From a virus (taxonomy: Duplodnaviria; Caudoviricetes), in the IMG/VR virus record IMGVR_UViG_3300033121_001676, positions 44,447-108,446 of that record: a stretch of 64,000 nt of DNA; one strand, 5' to 3'. The first letter of the stretch is position 1; the number at the start of each line of letters is the position of its first letter. This document shows positions 1-9,740 of this stretch, piece after piece. The notes under the pieces are model-generated. The model did no database searches. It saw only the letters and a program-made list of their open reading frames with translations, and was not told the DNA's origin. The position numbers and the translations under genes were made by a program.

Positions 1-2
1 GT

Positions 3-3000
3 GAAACACTCAATCCATTAGGGCCACTTGTAAGCAGACCGATAATTCGTACTGATGTTCCAGAAACAATTCAGTTTAGTGCATATGATATCAATGCTGT
101 TGATTTTGGTCAAGGACGTCGTAATCTTTGGACTTTTCCGAGTTCACCAAATGGCAGTGGAGATTTCTTAACACAAGAACTTCAGATTTCAGTCAACAAA
201 GCAACGGCAGGAACAAACAGGATTGGGGCCATCTTCGAAGTACCTGAAGTGCATACTTGGCCTAATGCGCAACCTCCGATTGTCGATGGAAGAGATTTTG
301 TTAAGATTGAAAGAAAACTTCTAACTCATCCGAATGTTGATTTAACAATTGAAACATATTTCTCTTCACATCCAACACTTTCTGCAAGTGAAACTTTTCA
401 CGAAAAACGCATTACAGAAAATGGTCAAGTTACAAATGTCATCAGTCCCGGTGATCAATTTGCTACATGGAAAGCAAGCAAGCGAATTAAAGGGATTACT
501 GATTTCATCGATCAAGGAAAAGATTCAGAATTCGCTTCATATGAATTCTTGCAGTATGATTATTTGAACAATGAAGGTAGGGATGCAAAGAAAGTCCAAC
601 TTGTCTTAAAGCCGCGCCCAACATGGACATCATTACCTGAATATAGGATTGATTTTGATCGAGGTTACATATTTGTTCCAAGTTCATTATTTTATCTTCT
701 TGGCAACTGGTCTCCGATTACTGTAATCAAATTTACAAATGATCCAGATGAAGCTGCTGGAGCAAGTACCACAACACCGAAAGTTGTTCTTCAAGCAAAA
801 TTTGAAGATGCCTTACAAAACAGTGCTGTCAGAATAATCGGTGTTCTTTCAAGACCTCACAGAGTTGCAAAAAAAGGCGATGCTCCATATGCTGTTATCA
901 GGAAGGGGGACTACAAGAGCACAAATGTTCCATTCAATGCTGCTGGCATACAAGGATTCATAAGATCAGATGGACCATTTAATGATTTTGAAAGAATGGA
1001 ACATGTTGCTGAAGCACTTTATCAACAGAATTTGAATAAGACTGGTGCCCGTGGTAGAATTACAATTTACCCAGGTGATCAATCAGTCTTCCCTGGCAGG
1101 GGAACAAATGGTGGTGTGATTATCAATGTCAAACACACATATGTTCCTTATTTCAAAACAGATATTAGCCTTACTGATGATAGAAAATATTACGATCTTT
1201 CTGATCTTGCATATAAGAGGGAATTGAATCAGAACAAACATATTGTTGATTTGAATAATCAAAGCATTAGAACATATCTTTCAAGAACTGGTGCCGGTGG
1301 ATCGAGTGGCAGTAGTGGTGCAGCATCTCTTGTTCCGCCGCACACACACTCTGATCAATTTTCTGGTGGCACGAGACTCGGGGATATCATTGTCAATTCG
1401 ATTACAATTGAAGGAGATTCTAAGAAAGGGAATGAAAGTGAACCTGCGATAAATTTCAATGCAGGAGGCGAACAAGGAACTCTTGATGTTGTATTTGATC
1501 CTGATAAAGGAAAGTTCGTTTCTCAAACAAGTTTGTTCATTGATAAAAGACCAGATAATCAACGTGTCCCGAATGCAAAATCAAATGAAAGCACGCAATT
1601 TACTGATGTAAATAGAGCACAAGCACGAGCTCCTTCATCTGGGTATTTGCACAATTTATTTGATATTGGTCTGGTTGGAACAGAAATTTCAAGGGTTTGC
1701 TTAAACATCGTTCCCAAACCATTTGAACCATTGAATGAATATTCAAGCCAGCAGGCCAATCTTAGAAACTATGGTGGAGATAGGCTGTTCATTACTGACT
1801 CTCAAGACAGAGCTGGTTATCTTGGGACTTATACATCAAATCCGGTACACTTAATTTCCAGATTTTCTTCTGGTGATACAACCGGTAATTCTGAACGTTG
1901 GATTAGAAATAGTAACACAACACCGATATCAATGATCGGTGTTGCAAAACCTGCTTATTCAAGATCTACGAGAGTTGATGAAAATTTCTTCAATAATGAT
2001 GTAGAAGTTTTCGGCTTTGCTTCCATGATTATGGATCAAAGTTCTGGAACAACTCCTGCATTTAAGGTTGATCTTGATAAACAACAGTCTGGCAACCAAA
2101 AGACAACTGTTGATGCAGGTGACCCTGCAATCAGATATGAGGCGGCAAAAGGTAGTGGATACTGGCTCGGTTATCATTGGAGTGATCAACAACCAACCAA
2201 TCTGATTGAACTTCTTTCGTTGAGACCACTGACTTCTGGTACTGTGACTACGAAAGGAATTTATCGGTATGGGTACTATTTCAATGATGGTGATGATAGC
2301 AAGTACGGTTTTGGTCAACAGATTGGTGGTGTGAGATCTGTTACTGCTGAAAAAACAGGATCATTAGTTGGTGCTCTTTCTAAAACTGAAACAATTGCAA
2401 GAAGTAATGGAACAGTTCACCAACTTGTCGTCGCTGATGGATTGAAAGGTTATGCGGCTATTGGATTGAATGCTATTGGCAATGCGAGAGATCTTGATTC
2501 TGGATTTAATCAATCACTTGGTACAACTGGAAATGACAATTCTCGCAAAGGCGCAAGCTTAGGTCTTGAATCTGGCATTCTTTCTGGAAAACAATATGGT
2601 TTCGCGTATTTGTTTGCCTCTGGAGATACGCCGAAAGATGCAGCGACAGGTACAGAGAATGCTTATTCAGGATCTTACGGTGTTCCTGTTAGTGCGATAG
2701 CAGCAAATCCAGAAGAAAAAAATGTCACCGGTATAAGAGTCAACCATTACAGTTCATCTGGCGGGATACAAGCAAGCGGAACAAGCGGTCAATCAGGAGG
2801 AGGTGGTCAAGGTAGTTCGACATTCCCAAACAACATCCTCTTCCATATTAATTCACCAAACAAAAACACACTCTTCTACTTTGGCCCTGATGGAATGAAG
2901 GGTGTGTGGGATGGATATCAAAACGGATCTGCAAGAGTTGGATTTGCAGCAGGATTGCAATTTGGATTTGGTGGCGGATGGTGGTGGGGCAACTACGTTT

Positions 3001-5279
3001 TTGGAAATCAAACAGGCCAAAATCAAAGCTCACTGTTTCCGTTCACACATACTTTCTTTGAAGGAGGTGCAAGTTCTCTTAAATTGACGATGACTGATTC
3101 GACAATGTTCCCAATTTCATCATTAAATATTGATCTTTCACAAAACTTTCCATCTGGAAACAATTCAAATATCAATAGTGTCTACAATTACACATATGGA
3201 ACACGACCTGGTTCTGGAAGTGCGCCACCTCTTCCTAATGGAGTTGCAGCACTTCTTTCAATGCTTGTTGATGCTGTTCTTTCTTTGATGCATGATTTGC
3301 AATCACTTAGCCAAGTTGTTGATAACATACTACATGAAATTGATTCAATTTGGAAAAAGATCAAAGAAATACAGGCTGAACAAAAGAAAAATCGCAAGGT
3401 TATTATCAACATACTTATCATTATCATTATTGTCACAAAGAATAAGAAGAAGCAAGAAGGCGAACACCCCGGGATTGGCGGCACTACTCCAGGCGGAACG
3501 GGCACATCAACTCCGCAAGGTGGCACTACTGGACAGCCAGGACCGGGAGCAAATTGGGGTAATGGAAGTGGCGGTGTCAATAGCAGTGGTCCATCAACTA
3601 CTGGAGGTGTAACTGGCACTCCTGGTTGGAGTACGCCTTCTGGCCCAACATCAACAACGACTGGTGGGGCTGCTGGTGGTGGTGCAAACGCAGGTGGAGA
3701 AAATCATCCTGGCGGAGGCACAAATGGAAAATCAAATGACAATAAGAACATCCATACAGGAATGACTCAAGGTGCCAGTGCTGTCACTGGCAATGCAACA
3801 CAATCAGCAGGATCAGGTAAACCTGCAAACGTTGCTGTTCTTGGTCTTATCGGTTCAAATCCTGTCTACACCGGCAGGCCAACAAAAGATCCAATCTTAA
3901 CACCATCAGATAATTCAGAATACCGTCAAACAAATCCTCTTTCAATTCCAATTGGTGAAACATATAACCCAGAAACATTGAATCCTGATACATATCTTGT
4001 CGGGATACCAGAAGTTTCAAAATCAAGTGCTGCAACACTTTGGAGAATCGGTGGTGGTGGTGGATTGCCGAATGCTTCAACTGGACCGACAACAAATCCT
4101 GTCGCTCCAGTAACAAAGCCAGGAGATCCAGGTTGGCAGCCAGATCAAGATATTAGATCAATTCTTCAACTTGCAAGCAGAACACCGACAGTTGATCTTG
4201 ATGCTGCTGGCAGGTGGACGATTGTTGGTGGAGATCAAATCTTCCCGACAATGTATGATGCTGGTGGAAGAATTGCAATTAGCGATGATGTAAATGCAAG
4301 GGTGAATATCGGTGGTCTTATCGGAACAAATCTCGGTGTTTTGAAAACACTCGCAGGAATCGAAGCTCGTCCTGAACTCATAGTTTCAAAGAGATCTTTC
4401 GGTCTTGTTGTTACTGATGGCGCTTCTAATAAATTCATTTCAAATAACTTTGGTGCATATCAAGCAGCAGCACATAGTGACGGATCAGGTTACTATATTA
4501 CAAATCCGAGTGAGACTCCAATCTTCGGTGGTGTGATTGGAACTATGATGAATCGTATCAATAGATATGATTCAAGAACATCGCCGACCAATACTGGTCT
4601 TTTTGTTAGTGCATCAGGCAGTGTCATTAATGCAAACTCAAGTATTGAAGAATCCATTATTGCAATTGATAGTTGCATCAGCTTTGTTGATCCGAACTCA
4701 CATTATCAATCTGCAAATAATTCTGTTCAACAAAATCTTGAAGAAATTGGTTTTGTTGTTGCAGAACACACTTCTAAATGGCCGAACATTCCATTCAATC
4801 CTACAAGTGGTTTAGATCCTGGTGATTATAGTAGAATATTATCATTTGATACAACACTCAATATGAATGTTGTTGAACTCGGAACAGGTATTGATAGTTA
4901 CCTCGGATATTTGACAGCAAAAATTCCGGCTTGGTACAAAGCAAACGGATCAACGGCATTCACAATTGATCTTTATTACACAATCACATCATCAAAATCA
5001 TCAACAGAAAGATTTACGATTCAAGTTTCTTATAATTCTTTTGATGAAGCTGGCGCAGATTATGGCTCTGTTTCAACACAAACATTTGACCAAAATGTTA
5101 CTGCATCAGAAACACCATATATTCCTAAAAAGATGACAATGAACATCACCACTGGAAGTTTTGGTGTTGCTGATGATATTGTTCAAATGAATCTTATGAG
5201 GCTTGGTTCGACAGATACATTTGAATTTTCAGTTCTTGTTTATGGATTTGTGATTCGTAGTGGAGTCAAATATACATAG
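3..5279 (+). CDS. Very large virion/tail-associated protein (>1750 aa), 5'-truncated
   Basis: The frame of ORF 249..5279 stays open back to position 3, so the true start is upstream of the window. It is G/S/T/N-rich and beta-rich with a coiled coil and Gly-rich linker, and lies upstream of the lysis genes. Confidence 0.6.
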   Translation, partial: ETLNPLGPLVSRPIIRTDVPETIQFSAYDINAVDFGQGRRNLWTFPSSPNGSGDFLTQELQISVNKATAGTNRIGAIFEVPEVHTWPNAQPPIVDGRDFVKIERKLLTHPNVDLTIETYFSSHPTLSASETFHEKRITENGQVTNVISPGDQFATWKASKRIKGITDFIDQGKDSEFASYEFLQYDYLNNEGRDAKKVQLVLKPRPTWTSLPEYRIDFDRGYIFVPSSLFYLLGNWSPITVIKFTNDPDEAAGASTTTPKVVLQAKFEDALQNSAVRIIGVLSRPHRVAKKGDAPYAVIRKGDYKSTNVPFNAAGIQGFIRSDGPFNDFERMEHVAEALYQQNLNKTGARGRITIYPGDQSVFPGRGTNGGVIINVKHTYVPYFKTDISLTDDRKYYDLSDLAYKRELNQNKHIVDLNNQSIRTYLSRTGAGGSSGSSGAASLVPPHTHSDQFSGGTRLGDIIVNSITIEGDSKKGNESEPAINFNAGGEQGTLDVVFDPDKGKFVSQTSLFIDKRPDNQRVPNAKSNESTQFTDVNRAQARAPSSGYLHNLFDIGLVGTEISRVCLNIVPKPFEPLNEYSSQQANLRNYGGDRLFITDSQDRAGYLGTYTSNPVHLISRFSSGDTTGNSERWIRNSNTTPISMIGVAKPAYSRSTRVDENFFNNDVEVFGFASMIMDQSSGTTPAFKVDLDKQQSGNQKTTVDAGDPAIRYEAAKGSGYWLGYHWSDQQPTNLIELLSLRPLTSGTVTTKGIYRYGYYFNDGDDSKYGFGQQIGGVRSVTAEKTGSLVGALSKTETIARSNGTVHQLVVADGLKGYAAIGLNAIGNARDLDSGFNQSLGTTGNDNSRKGASLGLESGILSGKQYGFAYLFASGDTPKDAATGTENAYSGSYGVPVSAIAANPEEKNVTGIRVNHYSSSGGIQASGTSGQSGGGGQGSSTFPNNILFHINSPNKNTLFYFGPDGMKGVWDGYQNGSARVGFAAGLQFGFGGGWWWGNYVFGNQTGQNQSSLFPFTHTFFEGGASSLKLTMTDSTMFPISSLNIDLSQNFPSGNNSNINSVYNYTYGTRPGSGSAPPLPNGVAALLSMLVDAVLSLMHDLQSLSQVVDNILHEIDSIWKKIKEIQAEQKKNRKVIINILIIIIIVTKNKKKQEGEHPGIGGTTPGGTGTSTPQGGTTGQPGPGANWGNGSGGVNSSGPSTTGGVTGTPGWSTPSGPTSTTTGGAAGGGANAGGENHPGGGTNGKSNDNKNIHTGMTQGASAVTGNATQSAGSGKPANVAVLGLIGSNPVYTGRPTKDPILTPSDNSEYRQTNPLSIPIGETYNPETLNPDTYLVGIPEVSKSSAATLWRIGGGGGLPNASTGPTTNPVAPVTKPGDPGWQPDQDIRSILQLASRTPTVDLDAAGRWTIVGGDQIFPTMYDAGGRIAISDDVNARVNIGGLIGTNLGVLKTLAGIEARPELIVSKRSFGLVVTDGASNKFISNNFGAYQAAAHSDGSGYYITNPSETPIFGGVIGTMMNRINRYDSRTSPTNTGLFVSASGSVINANSSIEESIIAIDSCISFVDPNSHYQSANNSVQQNLEEIGFVVAEHTSKWPNIPFNPTSGLDPGDYSRILSFDTTLNMNVVELGTGIDSYLGYLTAKIPAWYKANGSTAFTIDLYYTITSSKSSTERFTIQVSYNSFDEAGADYGSVSTQTFDQNVTASETPYIPKKMTMNITTGSFGVADDIVQMNLMRLGSTDTFEFSVLVYGFVIRSGVKYT

Positions 5280-5303
5280 CAAGTATAATGATTGAGGAAA
5301 CAA

Positions 5304-5864
5304 ATGATCAAAAAGATTGAAGAGAGAATCAAAAAGAAGCAAGAAGAGAGAGCGAAGCTTATTGAAGAAGCAAACTTGCTTCATTCTAGAATGCAAGAAA
5401 TGCAATCAAGATTGGGTAGTTTGAACAACTCAATCATTGCTTTGAATGGTGCATTAACTGAACTTGCTGAAGTTCATATCGAATTATCAAGGGGTGGCAG
5501 CCCACAGACCGTCAGAAGTGATGGTCCTGCATTAACGCCTTCACCAAAGAAGAAGGATGAAAACGTTACTCGAGTTGTTGAACAAAGTGTTGATGACAAG
5601 AAAAAGAAGAATGATGAATATCAAAAAATGATTAAAGATGCGAGAGAAGCTGTATTGGCAGAGAGAAGTAAAACTGTAAAAACAACATTGACTGCTGATC
5701 AAGTTAGGAAACAACTTGAAGATGAAACTGATGAACAAGAACTTCCAGTAGAACAAGAATTTCCAGTAGAAGGAAACGCATCACCTGTCGGGATGCGTGA
5801 TCCAAAAAATCGTATCGTCGTCAATGAAAATCCGTCGTCGAATAGAAATGAGGAGGAGGACTAA
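5304..5864 (+). CDS. Coiled-coil hypothetical protein
   Basis: ATG 5304 follows GAGG; TATAAT at 5284; N-terminal heptad pattern. Confidence 0.6.
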   Translation: MIKKIEERIKKKQEERAKLIEEANLLHSRMQEMQSRLGSLNNSIIALNGALTELAEVHIELSRGGSPQTVRSDGPALTPSPKKKDENVTRVVEQSVDDKKKKNDEYQKMIKDAREAVLAERSKTVKTTLTADQVRKQLEDETDEQELPVEQEFPVEGNASPVGMRDPKNRIVVNENPSSNRNEEED

Positions 5865-6238
5865 TGTATCTTGGGGCATTTGATCTCAGTGACTTCTATC
5901 CAGTTATTGCAACTGCACTGACCGCTCTTCTTGCAATTGGAATGAAGTGGGTTTCTGCACAGGCTTGGGCAAGCCAGGGTGTTCGTGATTTCGGTGTTTA
6001 CATTGAAGGATTTGGCAATAGAGCAAAGGACAAGTTCCTTGCTGAAACCATCGCATCCAAGACACCTGATAGTGATGGTGGTGTGACAATTACCCATGCA
6101 GAATATTCCAAGATTCGTCAAGATATGTATGATCTTTTGATGTCTGAAATCAAAGGACCAGCAAAGGATTATGCTATCAAGCTCGGTGCAAACGTCATCA
6201 AGGGTCTCATTGGCAAGTACCTCAAGATCGATGTCTGA
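5864..6238 (+). CDS. Putative holin (single N-terminal TM, LL-H-like)
   Basis: GAGGAGGAGG SD; TM segment PVIATALTALLAIGM; next to a spanin-like pair. Confidence 0.45.
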   Translation: MYLGAFDLSDFYPVIATALTALLAIGMKWVSAQAWASQGVRDFGVYIEGFGNRAKDKFLAETIASKTPDSDGGVTITHAEYSKIRQDMYDLLMSEIKGPAKDYAIKLGANVIKGLIGKYLKIDV

Positions 6239-6254
6239 AAGGAAAGGAAATCAA

Positions 6255-6473
6255 ATGCCAAATCTTTTCACGTTTGCCGATGCTGTTCAAGCAAAAGGTG
6301 AATTCAAGAGATATTCTGGTCCAGGATGCACTGTATTCATTTACAAATACATCAATGCTGACCGTCCTGCAGACTGGAGGGCAATGATTCTTACAGAAGA
6401 TAAGATTACTGAAATTACTGAAGACAGTGAATTAGACTTGATGAGTGCAGTCACAGAAAATCTGAAGCAGTGA
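6255..6473 (+). CDS. Hypothetical protein
   Basis: ATG after AAGGAAAGGA (MPNLFTF...). Confidence 0.55.
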   Translation: MPNLFTFADAVQAKGEFKRYSGPGCTVFIYKYINADRPADWRAMILTEDKITEITEDSELDLMSAVTENLKQ

Positions 6474-6474
6474 T

Positions 6475-6666
6475 ATGGGATTTCTAATAAGCTTCTTTTC
6501 TGATCTTTTAGCAAAAATCCTCCCAGGTTTGCTGAAAGATCTCTTTGGACCAAAAATCACAAAGGTTGATTATGGCAAGAGCAACTTGGGTCAAATTTCT
6601 AATCCTACCAGTGATGATGATTTCAGTTCTCACTTTGGTGGGGTGCGGATCGACGAACGCGAATAA
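6475..6666 (+). CDS. Putative i-spanin-like small membrane protein
   Basis: Hydrophobic/amphipathic N-terminus; overlaps the downstream lipoprotein gene in another frame. Confidence 0.35.
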   Translation: MGFLISFFSDLLAKILPGLLKDLFGPKITKVDYGKSNLGQISNPTSDDDFSSHFGGVRIDERE

Positions 6667-6901
6667 GGTTTGCTACGGCGGATTTATTCGCAGTGCTGTT
6701 GAGACCCAAGGTGCTTTGCGCCTCGCGCAGGACCAAGTAACTGTTGTTGTTGATGGCAAAGATGAAACTGCCGTATTGTATACTACAGGCAACTACTTCG
6801 TAGTATTTGCAGAAGATCTTATTGCGGCAGTCAAAGCAATGAAAGAAAATATTGAACTGCGTGCAAAGATCAAAGAGTTAGAGAAAAACAATGGAAATTG
6901 A
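6572..6901 (+). CDS. Lipoprotein, putative o-spanin
   Basis: From ATG 6572: MARATWVKFLILPVMMISVLTLVG|C, i.e. basic n-region, h-region and LVGC lipobox; C-terminal coiled coil. Confidence 0.55.
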   Translation: MARATWVKFLILPVMMISVLTLVGCGSTNANKVCYGGFIRSAVETQGALRLAQDQVTVVVDGKDETAVLYTTGNYFVVFAEDLIAAVKAMKENIELRAKIKELEKNNGN

Positions 6902-7154
6902 TGAACGTTTGAAGTGCATGTTTTTGAGAATCAGTGATGCACTTGGCTTTTCATACTGCGGTCCTGATTGCAGTCCGTTTATTTTAGTGAAGGATTGTGA
7001 TGGAAAAGCACTTGAAAATATTTTGCCTGGAGTAACATTTGCAGAAGCACAAGAAGCTGTAATCAAAATTGCTAAAGCTGCAACTGATCCAAAAATTGAA
7101 TTCATTAGAAAAGTTGGTTTAAGTATTATCGAAGCTTCCAAAAGCTTGTCATAA
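6891..7154 (+). CDS. Hypothetical protein
   Basis: Overlapping start/stop with the upstream gene. Confidence 0.55.
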   Translation: MEIDERLKCMFLRISDALGFSYCGPDCSPFILVKDCDGKALENILPGVTFAEAQEAVIKIAKAATDPKIEFIRKVGLSIIEASKSLS

Positions 7155-7175
7155 CATTACTTGTAGGTATATGCC

Positions 7176-7204
7176 ACTAAGGCTAACTATATGTTAGCCT
7201 TAGT
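7176..7204. repeat. Perfect 12-bp inverted repeat upstream of the helicase
   Basis: actaaggctaac-tatat-gttagccttagt. Confidence 0.8.
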
Positions 7205-7210
7205 TTGTTT

Positions 7211-9106
7211 ATGAAAGAAACAGACCTCATCTACTCAAACGTTATTGCTCTCAATAAGAAACAATTTGAACCGAGAGAACTTGATGGAATAAGATCACGT
7301 TTTACACATTCAAATCCAAATTATGTCATTCTTAAAGCTAACCACGTTGAACCTGATGCACAAACTCCACCAATTATCAAAACATTTTTTGAAAATGAAT
7401 CACATTTGGCTGTTCCTCGCGGTGCTGCTGATTGGCTTAGAATGTATTTGATGGAAAAAGATAGAGTCATTAGAATTATTGATAAAAGAGTTGAAAAGCC
7501 TAAGATTGATTTCGATTTTAACTTTGGAGCAAAATGTGCGAATGGAAAAACATTTGATTCTCTATATGATTATCAAGAAGCTGCGATTCAATACTTAGTC
7601 AAAAATCAACAAGGCATTTTTCAAGCTGATTGCGGTGGTGGAAAGACACTCGTTGGTATTGGTTTGATTGATAGAATTAAACAGCCGACAATCATTGTTG
7701 TTCACACTGGCGATCTTGGCAAGCAATGGCTGCAAGAGATAGGCGAGAAGACACATTACGCTGCTGGTGTTGGTATGGTAGGGCTTGGCAATTGGGACTT
7801 ACGACCGGTTACGATAAGCACCGTCCAAACCATTTGGCGTATGCAAGTGCCGCAACGTATGGACTTTTTGTCCAACTTCGGCTGTATTATCATGGACGAA
7901 TGTTTTACGCCGAACAGTAGAGTTTGGCGTTCAAACAAGTTTTGTCCTGCAAGCTGTTGGACTGAATTCAGGGATATCGTTGCTGGTAGAGCTAAGCTTG
8001 ATCAAGTTATCACTTACAATTTTGAAACTGGTCAAAATGAAAGGAAGAAAGTCAATAGATTAATTGTCACACCAAAGTTTGGAACAAAAGATAATTACAT
8101 AATAATCAATGAAGATTTCATGTATTTCACATGCACGCAAGGTCAAGAAATATTTGTGATGGATAGAGGTTGGGTTAAGGCAAAAGATATCAAAGTTGGA
8201 ATGCTGCTTGCATATTCACAAAAACCATACACGATGCCTGTTATAAGTGTTCGTGAATTGAATAAGAATGATAATAGACATAGACTTGATAGAACATATG
8301 TTTGTGATTTAGATGTTGCTGATAATCACAACTACTATGTTGAAGGAATACTTGTCAAAAATTGCCATCATGTTCCTGCTAAAAGCTTTGCGGAGTGCTT
8401 AAATTACTCAGGTGCAAAGTTTAGATTTGGTCTTACAGCGACTCCAAAAAGGTCTGATGGCCTTGAACATATGATGTATGATTTGATCAGCAACAGAACT
8501 TTTGTTGCTGATCCTGAACTTGTCACAGGATCAAACGTCCGTAGTCAATTGCCAACTGTCCATATAATACCTACAGGCTATGTGGATTTGAATAGATATG
8601 GTATGAAGATGAAACAGGCAATGTTGACTAAACTTTCAAAGAATGATCAAAGAAATTCATTCATTGTCAATAGAATAGTTCAAGATTGGAATGATGGGTA
8701 CTTCCCACTCATTATCTCAAAAAGAGTTGATCAATGTAAGCAAATGAAGTTTTGGCTTGAATCAAAAGGAATGAAAGTTGCCTTATTGATTGGTGAAGTT
8801 AACGCAGCAACACGAAAAGATTTCATCAACCAATGCAGATCAAAACTTATTGATGCTGTTGTTGGAACAACTGTTGCTGATGAGGGTTTAGATATACCAC
8901 AACTTGATTGCCTTCATATCATTACACCACACTCAAATGAATCGAGATTAAAACAGCAATCAGGAAGGATACAGAGGTTTTGTGATGGTAAGAAAGAACC
9001 TGTGATTAGAGATTATGTAGATACTGGAACAGAATTTAGTAGCACTCTCAGGAAAAGACTGTCATACTACAAGAAATGGGGATATAGGATCATAGAGGTA
9101 AAGTAA
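7211..9106 (+). CDS. Superfamily II DNA helicase (DEAH/UvsW/Rad25-like), intein-containing
   Basis: Q-motif YDYQ; Walker A CGGGKT; motif II DE|CHH interrupted by the intein; GLTAT; EGLDIP; QQSGRIQR. Confidence 0.9.
   Translation: MKETDLIYSNVIALNKKQFEPRELDGIRSRFTHSNPNYVILKANHVEPDAQTPPIIKTFFENESHLAVPRGAADWLRMYLMEKDRVIRIIDKRVEKPKIDFDFNFGAKCANGKTFDSLYDYQEAAIQYLVKNQQGIFQADCGGGKTLVGIGLIDRIKQPTIIVVHTGDLGKQWLQEIGEKTHYAAGVGMVGLGNWDLRPVTISTVQTIWRMQVPQRMDFLSNFGCIIMDECFTPNSRVWRSNKFCPASCWTEFRDIVAGRAKLDQVITYNFETGQNERKKVNRLIVTPKFGTKDNYIIINEDFMYFTCTQGQEIFVMDRGWVKAKDIKVGMLLAYSQKPYTMPVISVRELNKNDNRHRLDRTYVCDLDVADNHNYYVEGILVKNCHHVPAKSFAECLNYSGAKFRFGLTATPKRSDGLEHMMYDLISNRTFVADPELVTGSNVRSQLPTVHIIPTGYVDLNRYGMKMKQAMLTKLSKNDQRNSFIVNRIVQDWNDGYFPLIISKRVDQCKQMKFWLESKGMKVALLIGEVNAATRKDFINQCRSKLIDAVVGTTVADEGLDIPQLDCLHIITPHSNESRLKQQSGRIQRFCDGKKEPVIRDYVDTGTEFSSTLRKRLSYYKKWGYRIIEVK
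7901..8362 (+). mobile_element. Mini-intein (154 aa, no homing endonuclease) in helicase motif II
   Basis: Starts CFTPNSRV and ends DLDVADNHNYYVEGILVKN followed by +1 Cys; removal restores IIMDECHH. Confidence 0.9.
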
Positions 9107-9346
9107 ATGAATGATAATGATGATCCTGTTATTGAGAATGGAAACAATCAATTCTATTACCCACAATTGATCTACGAATTCTCAGTTAGAAAATTCAGTA
9201 GTGCTGAAGAACTTGAAAAGGAATTGGATTCATTAAGCTTAGCTTTCTATGAAATTTCAACAATTCAAATTCAAAATGATTGTTCAGGTCTAATTATTGC
9301 AAGGAGGATGAAGAACTTCAAACACAGGATGATTGAAGAATTATGA
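9107..9346 (+). CDS. Hypothetical protein
   Basis: Adjacent to the helicase stop; GAGG SD. Confidence 0.55.
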   Translation: MNDNDDPVIENGNNQFYYPQLIYEFSVRKFSSAEELEKELDSLSLAFYEISTIQIQNDCSGLIIARRMKNFKHRMIEEL

Positions 9347-9429
9347 GAAACTCAGTCTGTATTTCACTGTCGCCTTGGTACGTCGACGACTCACGATTAA
9401 TCTTGTTTCTCATTGTTTTACTTCTCACT

Positions 9430-9599
9430 TTCGATTACTCAGTTTCGTTTTCACTTCTGTTCGATTACTCAGTTTCGTTGTTTGTTGGAAACTGCTTAGC
9501 AACGACTTTCCCCCTGATCTTAACCAGCTTCGCCTTACCAACGAGTGAACGGCTTTGAGTTCACTCGTTGGTACTACAACAGTCGAAGACTGTTGTAGT
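9430..9599. repeat. Putative replication origin: 20-bp direct repeats plus two adjacent perfect hairpins
   Basis: ttcgattactcagtttcgtt at 9430 and 9460; 15-bp IR 9536-9573; 12-bp IR with GAA loop 9573-9599; upstream of loader, helicase and primase genes. Confidence 0.5.
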
Positions 9600-9740
9600 T
9601 GTTTCTATCGACTTACATTGACTTCTTCGTGCCCACCATGATCGGTAATACGGAAAATTTCGAAATGAACTTAAAAGAATAGGCATGTATTTCAAACTTA
9701 ACACAAAATTAACATTCGCCTTAGCCTGAGAAAACTTTTA

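Noticed and set aside
5735-5775. Short tandem repeat (QELPVE/QEFPVE)
   Set aside because: Trivial intragenic duplication in a disordered tail
9430-9479. Possible mini-CRISPR
   Set aside because: Only two 20-bp copies with a 10-bp spacer, and no cas genes
9333-9558. Two 71-aa ORFs in the repeat region
   Set aside because: Composition is atypical and explained by the DNA repeats; not fully excluded
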